A stretch of DNA of 55,122 nucleotides, counting the filler, from Trypethelium eluteriae (Eukaryota): assembly GCA_051942245.1 (NCBI GenBank). It is 2 parts of 2 records of this genome, joined end to end, with 100 filler letters (N's around TTAATTAATTAA, not from the genome) between each part and the next. Parts side by side here need not be neighbours in the genome. Positions count along the whole stretch, not along the records: positions 27,630 to 55,122 come from JAVECL010000333.1; 1 more part is not named here. One strand, given 5' to 3'. The position numbers were made by a program, and so were the translations under genes. Positions 46,720-55,122 of this stretch are shown here, one piece after another (the first letter of the stretch is position 1; each line of letters opens with the position of its first letter). The notes beneath the pieces were generated by a model. The model did no database searches. It was not told the DNA's origin and saw only the letters and a program-made list of their open reading frames with translations.

Positions 46720-49167
46720 ATGGCGGACCAAGAAGCTAACACTGATGGACCAATGCCGTTCAACGAGCCCGAAAGTCATCTAGCTTCATCGGCAATGATC
46801 GTGGACACCCAAATAGTTGACCAGAGCGACTCACGGTCAAGTAGTCTAAGCGATTATGACGAGAGATATGGGGAAAATGAGAACGGTAGTGCACCAGAAA
46901 AATCAATATTACCAAACGACGAAGCAGATTCGGAAGCCGAAACAGAACGGCTCGATATTACGCCACACCACGCATCGAAGTTGAAAGGCGATATTCCTAC
47001 TTCTGATAATGAAAACTCGACCACACCTAGCAAACTCCAGCGCACCTACAATATGGTGGAAGGCCAGGATGGAGATTCTACGTCACCGTCGATCTTGCAC
47101 GAGCCTATTACGACTGGAAATGGTACGATTATTCAAGACGAGAATCTGGAAATAACGCCTACTCTATCTCGCTCAGACTCTTCGAGGCTATCTCAGGGTG
47201 CTGTTGCTGGCCGCAAGCGCAAGCGCAAGAGCGAGAGCGGTCAATCACCCGGCGTTGACTCAGAGATCGTGAAACCTGCAGAGAAGCGGCTGAATTCTGC
47301 GCCTCAAGACGGACCATCAGAAATGCTAAAAGCAGAAGGTGGAGAGCAGGCCGAGGATGAATTGTCTGAGGAAGGCTCGAAAGGACCGGACAATGAGACG
47401 AGTGGCGAGATTGCCCCTGAAAAGGAAGCACCGTTGCAGGTATCTGTTGAGCAGGAGGAAGAACCGGCACCCCCGAAAAAAGATGTCAAGGCAAGGAAAG
47501 GCAAGCGCAAATCCAAACGCGCAAATGACCTTGAACAGGATGAAGATCTTGCAGCACAGGGAGAAACGGCTGCTGCGGCTGAGCAATTACCGGAAGCCGG
47601 CGAAGCCCTTAGCGCAGAGGGAGAGGGAGAAGAAGCTGATGTGGCTGCGAGAAACGAAGAAGAACGTGAGTTACCTATATCGTGTCTTCCTCTTCCCTTT
47701 GCCTTGTGTTTGCGATGTTTGAAAAGGGCACGGCTTGACAATATGGACTAATTGGAACCGTTGTAGTGCAGAGGAAGAAGGCCGCCATGGATGCCCTAGT
47801 GGGTATTGAAGAACATTTTGCAAGTTTTCGTGAAAGGTAGGATGATACTAGGGTAGAGGTATGAAATAATCTCACTAACTTCAATAGATTACTAGATGAA
47901 AAGCTCAACCAAGTTGAACGAGAGCTTGCACTGCTGCAACAACCCAATCCAACGCATCCCGAATACCTTGCGATGATGCAATGCATCGATGCTCGCCACG
48001 AGAACCAGATCCAGCTGGAAGATAGGTTACTTGCCTACAAACTTAACACACTCGAAGTCCAGACCATTGCCGAGAGAAGTCAGATTCACGCGCAGTACTT
48101 CCAAAAGGTACGAGACATTAGAGATGATGTACTGGAGCGGATCGGTAAGGAGCTCTTCCGGATCCAAAAAGAACGCCGACAAGCACATGGCGACGAGCCG
48201 GAGTATAATTATGTATACGAAGCGGATCGACCGAAGCAAATCATTCGGCAGACCATGGTTAATAAGGAGGTCTCTCTGCTTAGCGGGATCAAGAAGTACC
48301 AAGGTTTCCCAGCGGCACCCAAACTCAAGGCTTTGCAGTCGGCAGAAGCTGATGACGACCTGCGTGCAATGAAGGTAAGTAAACTCACCTCGAAGATGCT
48401 ATCACACCCCAAGTCAGTGTCTGATGCAGGAGTCAAAGCTCAATTCAACCCCCACTCCTATTCTTTCACGGCATCTCAATGAGCCAATGCCGACGGAGAA
48501 ACACGCAGCGGAAGAATTCTTCGCACAGAACCCGTGGGCAAACCCACAGCATCCTGCTCATCAGCAGAACACAATGCCACCGCAAGCCGTGCGGCCTATC
48601 AATGCTTTCACAACACCAACCTCTCAACGACGCGCCTACGACCCTCACCTCCCCAACGGCTCCGGCTCAACCATCGCCGTGCCCTCCGATCCGCCTTCCT
48701 CCGCCCTCGCCCCTGGAGGAAATAGCCACGGGCCAGTCATACCCGAGGCATCAGCTATCCAGGACGCAGCGTCGCGAATCCCCTCGTTTGATGGTGCCGG
48801 CGACTCTCCCCTCATGTACATGAAACGGAACCACGAGCCCGGACGCCGTGTGCCAGAGGAGTCGTCAGAGCAATGGAGCGCGCCACGACGCGCCTCAGTC
48901 GCTACGCAGGGTTCGCCTCCGGCCACCACGAATGCGAAGGAGAAGGTCGCCGTGTCGGCGGGGAAGGTGAACACGGCTGATCCGTCAATGTCTGCGCGGG
49001 AGGCATCGGGGCCGGGCGCGGAAGCGCTGGGGTTCACGCCGTCGGCGGGGGTGAAGACGGAGGATGAGGTCCATGGTGGCGGGAGACTTGCGTTCGCGAT
49101 GCCCTCTGCCCACGGTCAAGGACAGGCGCGACAGGTGGGAATCGCTGCTGGAGGGTTTGGGAGGTGA
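46720..49167 (+). CDS. DEP1: Sds3-like domain protein, Dep1 subunit of the Rpd3L histone deacetylase complex
   Basis: Acidic N-terminus with DSEAETERL; coiled coil KKAAMDALVGIEEHFASFRERLLDEKL...PTHPEYL...EVSLLSGIKKYQGFPAAP. Introns 47666-47766, 47837-47887, 48375-48429. Confidence 0.8.
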
Positions 49168-50476
49168 GATGCGATGGAATCCAGAGAGGTGGATTTCTGG
49201 TGTTTCTTAGGCTAGGCGATGGCGATATGCGATGACGATACCCAATGTCTGTTCTTTTCCCATGGTCTTTTATTCGACTAGTGCATACATCTCCATTTAT
49301 GTGTATGTGAGCTAAGATCTAGGGGGGCCGGTGTCGATTGTAGATCCGGGGGATAATGTCCGGCTAAAGAGAATCCTGTGTTAATGAAGTTCAGTAGAAG
49401 GACACCATGTAGTCCTGGATGACCTTTCGCAATGCTATAGCCTCAATAGTAAATGATGTCATTATGGGCCCTGTGATGAGTTCCCAAGCAATAACACTTG
49501 ACATCATGCAGCTGCTATTTGTCTCAAGCTAACGGTATAGATGCTCTCTGGGTGGGCTTTTGGTAGTAAAAGAGGGTGGTAGACATTAGCAAGAAAAATA
49601 CTGTTCCACGGACCGGAGGCAGAGTTTCATCTCCTCCATGTGAAGTGCCTAGGCTGTAGAAGATTACCCAGAGTCTCCAAATGGACGCAGCTCCGGACTA
49701 AGATGAGGTGAGAAATGGCGAGCTTTACGCCAACGGGATAGTAGTACTTAGAAGATAGATCAAAAATATAAGAGATTACACTTACTCGAAAGGTAGCTCC
49801 AACCGAACTACCGTACGATAGAGAATATACACTAGGCAGTCTGACGAGCCTTCAATCTCCTGTCGGAGCAATTGCCGTAGCTGACAGTATTTGCAGGAGG
49901 GTTGCAATTCCACAACATGGGATCTGCAGGGCTGAAATCCCGACGCGCCGCACGTGTCTTTGTCGATGTGACGTTTACTGCGCGCAGGAGCCCGAAAAGG
50001 GCAGCTCCCAAAGTAAAGTCTCGTCGCGTCTGAGGAACGGTAACGCCGCTTCTAGCGATCTTCGATGAAGGGCTGAGGGCGCGAACACCTTCCCCCCGGA
50101 ACCCGAGTGGGCGGTATGCCGCGACACATGGACTCCTCGGTGATCCATGGGCTCAGCTGCTTGTCTGGGGTATTTCCGAGGCTTCGCATGACAATTGGTA
50201 GATAGCCGCGGTGAGCGGGATGTTCGCGGAAAAAGTGGATGTGAGCTCTTTGCTTTTTGGCAATAAGCTTGAAAAAGCAGCGAAAGTGTGAGAGAGAGGT
50301 TGAGATGCCGTAATTGTTGTGAGGGTGTTTTACACAGCGGTAACAGGCTAGAGCACGGGTAGATCAATGCGCACATATTCTTTGCATAACCATGCTGATC
50401 TCCTAACCCATAATGATGAGAGTCGGCTGGCAGCGTCTCGCCGGGTTCCTTGAAACTCTCTCGAGACGGCGTGAGA

Positions 50477-52462
50477 CCAATCAGAGACGGCAACAAGGGG
50501 CTCTGTTAGGCTCTCCGTACATGAAGCGCTTATGAAGAGGTGAGGGTGATGTTGCTCTGCATCTTTGCTGGTCATGATCGGTGAATACTGTAGATAGGCG
50601 CGCAGGTTAGGTGACGACTTTAAGTGTCTTCAATTGCGCTGGATCATTGACGCAGTGTGCGCAAGTCCGGGAACGAGCATCATTGCGGTCCATCGTTCGT
50701 CGGCGCTTGACGACATTTCTCGCATGTAGACAGATCTTCAGGCTTGGCTTTTTGTAAACATCTCCAAGCTCTACTCCGGGTGTCTGTAAGGTGGCGGATC
50801 TGAACTGGGAAAACGCGGTGACGCGGTGAAGTCCGAGCAGCAAAGACGCACCTCCATACTCCGTGCCTATAGCATAATTTGGAATGACAGCCAATCCCCG
50901 CCGGCGGTCAGACTAAGTGTGCCAATGAGGTGGCTTGACTTGGGTTAATTTCTACAGCATTTAGTTTCTGCGTGGGATTGCCGGGGGCCCCAGGGGCGAT
51001 GGGCTCTGATGGGTAGGCGATCGGACTAGGGTGGCAGGGTGGAAGGTTGCTGATGGTCTCAAGCTGCTACCGACGCTCGACCGAGGCCCCCACCACTCGT
51101 TCAAGCATTTTAAAAAGCTTCCCGGCCTTCCGTCCAATCGCTTCCTCCAGTCTCTTCGCCCTATCATCGCGTCAAGTCCCAGGATTCACGCCGGCCATCG
51201 TGACTCGTCGCTGTCTTCACGCGACTCTGGCTCGAGCAGCCAACGAGTGCGAGCAACACTCACCACCTCGCAGTCCCGTGACTGGCATCGTCTGCGGGCT
51301 TAGTTCTGGTACGTTTTTGCTGGGACCTCTCATCTTCTCCAATCCAGCCGGCTCGTCTCTGGGACGCGCTGGTGATCCTCGCGGCGACGGTGGGCTGGCG
51401 GCTAGAAGCGGACGTTGTCTCGCAGCAGGTACTTGCGGAGGGTGCGAATGCACTGGAACCGCTGGAACCACCATCTGACTTCATCTGACTTCATCTGTGC
51501 CACCAGCAACTGCACTCCACGCGCTGCGAGACTTGCTCCAACCGCGCCGTATCGGCCGGCTTTGTGCAAACGCTTGTCCCCGCCAAAAGAGGCAGCCCAG
51601 ACTGCGACGCGAAATCATCCTGAGCAACCCCCGGCTCGGCTTGCTTTTCGACGTCACACTCCACGGCGCAGCGCTCGGCCTCTGCTGAGTTGTCCACCAC
51701 GGCAGGGGTTGGTGTGGGCGTGCATGAAGCCGCAGCCGTGCCAGCGCATCAACGCCAATTGACCGTCAGACTGCACTCGCGTCATCCAATCCTCGCCTGC
51801 CCAGAAAAAGCTAACATCAACTTGGGCTCGTCCGCCAGGTCCCGTATTTTTGCAATTGCTCTGACTGGCCCTTTGTTCGACCACCAGCCGACTCCACCTC
51901 CCAGGGAGCTTCGGGAGCATCCTCGACAGCCTTGTGTAAGGCTCAAGCAGTGCAAACATCTGTCGCAAAGCACCGCCGCAATTTTTCTCGCCTTTCTAAC
52001 CCGCAATTGGAGTTCGCCTTGGTGAACAGAGTCGCGACCAAAATATTCAGCCTGACGCAAGTGCAACATCGCCCAAGAGCTTCACTTTCTGCGCCCCTGC
52101 CCTACCGAGCGTTGCCCATCGGATTGACAACACATCAATCAACGGCAACGTCACAACAACTTACCCGTCCAAGCGGATCCTGCGCGTGCGAAGGTTGAGC
52201 TTGCGAACGCTCCTGACCGAGAACTCTCCCTTACAAAATCAAGCCGTCGCTGGCAAGTCAATCGGTAAGTCAGTTTCTCAAAGTGCAAGCCGTCTTTTCG
52301 CATTGGTGTTCTTGCCGATGACGACTGTGCGTTCACTGGATCCTCTTGCTTACTCACAACAACTAGGCCGCGTTTTGCCGCCACTCATAGCTCTTTGTCC
52401 AGTGCGCAGTCCGCCTGTAGAATAGTCGCCAACCTTAACCCTTCCCTCCTCCATCTTCCAAT
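50477..52462 (+). promoter_or_regulatory. Cluster of CCAAT boxes upstream of hapB
   Basis: CCAAT at 50477, 50891, 50922, 51134, 51339, 51755, 51786, 52458; ATTGG at 52006. Probable 5'-UTR intron GTAAGT ~52265 to TAG ~52366. Confidence 0.45.
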
Positions 52463-52620
52463 CGCAGTCCTTGTCTGCCTCCACAGCATCTGATTCGCTA
52501 CAATTGTCTTTGAACGACCGCCACAATCCATAGCTCTCTCGAACACAACAGGGGAGCTTCACTCAACCAGAGACCCCCTCAACGACCGAGTGCAGCTCTT
52601 CTGGAGCGACAGTTAAGACC

Positions 52621-53769
52621 ATGGAATACGCGCAGTACCAGCAGCCTCATCCCCACAACCCACATGGTCATGCACAACCCCATCTTTCAAACGCGTATAA
52701 CGCGTCGTCGCAGAACGCTGGGCCCACTGGACCTTCGATGACTTCACCTTCTCAACCTCAACAATTGCATCAACCTAGCCAGGTGTCGCCCATACTGCCC
52801 TCACAAAATCATCCATACTCACAGCAACCCCAAGTCTCTGGTCCCCAACAAGTACATCCTCAAATGGGCTATCCTACGCAGTCCTATAACATGCACCCAC
52901 AATACAACATATCGCAGACTCAGGCAGCGGCAATGGCTACCGCTGCTGCCTCAGGTCAACATTACTATCCCATGCCTGAAGGTTCGTTGCAAGGGCCGCT
53001 TGGTCAAGATCCACGTGCATCACCGCGAGTAGGAGGTGTGGCAGTGAAGCCAGAGTCAAGGCGATCCCCTCCCCAAGTACCAGGTCAAATGGTCAATCAA
53101 TCACTGCAGTCGCAGGTTCCGATGGCTACTGGCCAGGCTCTGCCACAGCGTCGGATGAGTCAATCCTTGGGTAGTCCAGGCATGCAAAGCGCGCAGCCAG
53201 GTATTCCTCAGCGAGCTACTGCTACACCGCAAATGGCTCAACCGCCGCCTCAAGCCGTGCAACAACATCAACAGTCGCCGGACGTTGCAGCGAGCGGGGT
53301 CGAGGAGTCCCCTCTCTACGTTAATGCGAAGCAGTTCCACAGGATCTTGAAGAGGAGGATGGCACGACAGAAGTTAGAAGAGGCTCTACGGCTCACGTCC
53401 AAGGGTCGCAAGCCATACCTTCATGAGTCTCGGCATAATCATGCCATGCGACGACCACGAGGTCCTGGTGGTCGCTTCCTAACAGCAGACGAGGTTGCGG
53501 CAATGGAGAAAGGTGCAGGCCTCGGAAGCGACGAAGGTATGGACAAGGAGAACGCTGGGCTTACGCCAACATCTAAAGGAGGCATAGCCGTCGTTCCAAA
53601 TTCAGGAGGGAAGAGAAAAGCGGACGCCATCGGCTCGGACGGTGGCTCAAGTACTAAGAAATCTAAGAACGGTGATCCTTTGGCCGTGAGTGAGCCGGGG
53701 CGTCCAAGTACTAGTGGTGATGATGAAGAGGAGGAAGAAGACGAAGACGATGCGGATGATGACAGTTGA
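52621..53769 (+). CDS. hapB: CCAAT-binding complex subunit HapB / Hap2 / NF-YA
   Basis: ESPLYVNAKQFHRILKRRMARQKLE...GRKPYLHESRHNHAMRRPRGPGGRFLT; Q/P-rich N-terminus, acidic tail. Confidence 0.95.
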   Translation: MEYAQYQQPHPHNPHGHAQPHLSNAYNASSQNAGPTGPSMTSPSQPQQLHQPSQVSPILPSQNHPYSQQPQVSGPQQVHPQMGYPTQSYNMHPQYNISQTQAAAMATAAASGQHYYPMPEGSLQGPLGQDPRASPRVGGVAVKPESRRSPPQVPGQMVNQSLQSQVPMATGQALPQRRMSQSLGSPGMQSAQPGIPQRATATPQMAQPPPQAVQQHQQSPDVAASGVEESPLYVNAKQFHRILKRRMARQKLEEALRLTSKGRKPYLHESRHNHAMRRPRGPGGRFLTADEVAAMEKGAGLGSDEGMDKENAGLTPTSKGGIAVVPNSGGKRKADAIGSDGGSSTKKSKNGDPLAVSEPGRPSTSGDDEEEEEDEDDADDDS

Positions 53770-54616
53770 ACACTCTCTTGGCTGCTGTCTGCACTTCAAT
53801 CTCTCCTCTTTTGCAAATCGGTTTTCGAGTGCATTTCTTTTGTTCTTCTTACGATTCATGATAGCAAGCGATCCCTGTTACTGCTTTTGGGTTTTCCCCG
53901 GATCATGCCGATTCAGCCAAACTTCCTCGCTGTCGCCGGCGGGCATGATTCCATCTCAGAAAGTTACGGTTAGCACTATTTCTACACATGGGATCCGCGT
54001 TGTTTGCGTGGTGGGTTTATCTTCACTGTCTGGCGCGGTTGTAGCCTGTTTTCGTGTTTGTGGGTCCTGTGTAGAAGGAGGATTTGTCCGTCACCGGAAA
54101 AAATTGCTGAAATTCTCAAAGTGAATGGTCAATCTCATGAGTATTCCTTCGTTTATACCCGGTAACGATTTGGGTGGGAAGGGGCATTGCATAAAAGGAT
54201 ACCCGGCTGATCCATGAAGAAATGGGAGCTGGAATGGGGCTTTTCATGATATTGATCATTCTTGCTGCTCACTGTTTTACACGTTCCTGCAAGAAATGAT
54301 GGGATGTACTGTAACAGTACCGAAGTTCAGATACCAAGCAGAATGCGGATTTTGATTGTTGAATGTGTGTGTAAGGACGTATTATCGTCACCTGATCTAC
54401 TCGAATCAATTAAGTGAATCAGTATCTGCGGATGCAATCATCAAGGATATCATTGGTAGACGAATTCCTGATGTCCGGGTTAATCAAAGGGCCTGGTGGA
54501 CTGCGCTTCGCACGTGCCCGAAAATTTCCCAGAGCTCCCATACCTTACCATCTTTCCACGCATGCTGTATACATTTATATTCGACTCATTGCCAACATCC
54601 AAACCCCCGACCCATC

Positions 54617-55106
54617 ATGATTTGTACGCGCTGCCTCGCGCGCGCTGCACGTTTGCAAAACAATGCTATCCATGCCACTCCCAATCCACCAATTCGAAGC
54701 CGAAAAGTCCCCCGCCGCAACTTCATCTCCTCCTCTACCTATTCCTCCAAAAGCATCTCCCCTAACGCTGCCACCACCACCGCGCCCCGACAGGGCACCC
54801 CGTCGTCTCGCACGCCGCCAGCCGCCACCTCCACCTCCGCCGCGCAGCCCTTCAGTACGCCGCTCACGCCCTCTCCAGAAGCGGCAGGCATTCCGACCAC
54901 ACCGTCAGAACGACCCTCGCGGCTCATCCAGTCGTCCGTTCCCGCGGGCACGCCGCTGAAGGGACTGAGCTACATCAAGGGAGAGACCGACCCGCTGGCG
55001 AAGGAGGACGAGGAATATCCCGACTGGCTGTGGGATATACTACGGGATAGCAGTGCGAACGGGGAGGGAGGAGATGATGGGCAAGGAGGAGCTGGGGATC
55101 AGTTTG
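54617..55106 (+). CDS. MRPL37: Mitochondrial ribosomal protein mL54 (MRPL37), exon 1; continues beyond the window
   Basis: Not in the ORF track. MICTRCLARA... presequence, then SSVPAGTPLKGLSYIKGETDPLAKEDEEYPDWLWDIL; donor GTATGC at 55107. Confidence 0.88.
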
Positions 55107-55122
55107 GTATGCGATTCACATT

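Noticed and set aside
51472..51498. Short repeat (CATCTGACTT)x2.7
   Set aside because: Ordinary slippage repeat with no further structure.
49975..52562. Many 60-170 aa ORFs upstream of hapB
   Set aside because: Mutually overlapping, no domains or coding-like composition; better explained as promoter and 5' UTR.

Overview
Intron-containing genomic DNA from a filamentous ascomycete (Pezizomycotina). Conserved core genes: a HELLS/LSH/IRC5-type SNF2 ATPase (runs off the left edge), the head-to-head class V/class VII myosin-motor chitin synthases (csmA/csmB), a DUF202 membrane protein, a KLAP1-like zinc-finger protein, NOP12, a DEP1/Sds3-like protein, hapB (NF-YA) and the start of MRPL37. Two accessory islands interrupt them. 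Island 1 (~3.0-14.7 kb) holds a decayed nuclease-like gene, a Kex2-processed 6-Cys secreted peptide, a SesB-like lipase/NB-ARC/TPR/ankyrin NLR and a convergent HET-domain gene. Island 2 (~28.3-37.0 kb) holds a hydrolase relic, a Y3-like secreted lectin with an early stop, and a divergent pair of paralogues: one cytosolic and domain-only, one secreted with the same domain fused through KR to a 6-Cys peptide. An artificial 100-nt gap linker lies at 27530-27629. Most interesting observations: (1) the divergent paralogue pair as a candidate toxin/self-protection module; (2) six GC-rich patches that each flip from C-rich to G-rich on the + strand regardless of gene orientation; (3) long hairpin-forming introns in both the NLR and HET genes; (4) a 10-bp-phased TGAGC array between those two genes. 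Family names come from motif recognition only, no searches were run, and intron coordinates were read by eye.
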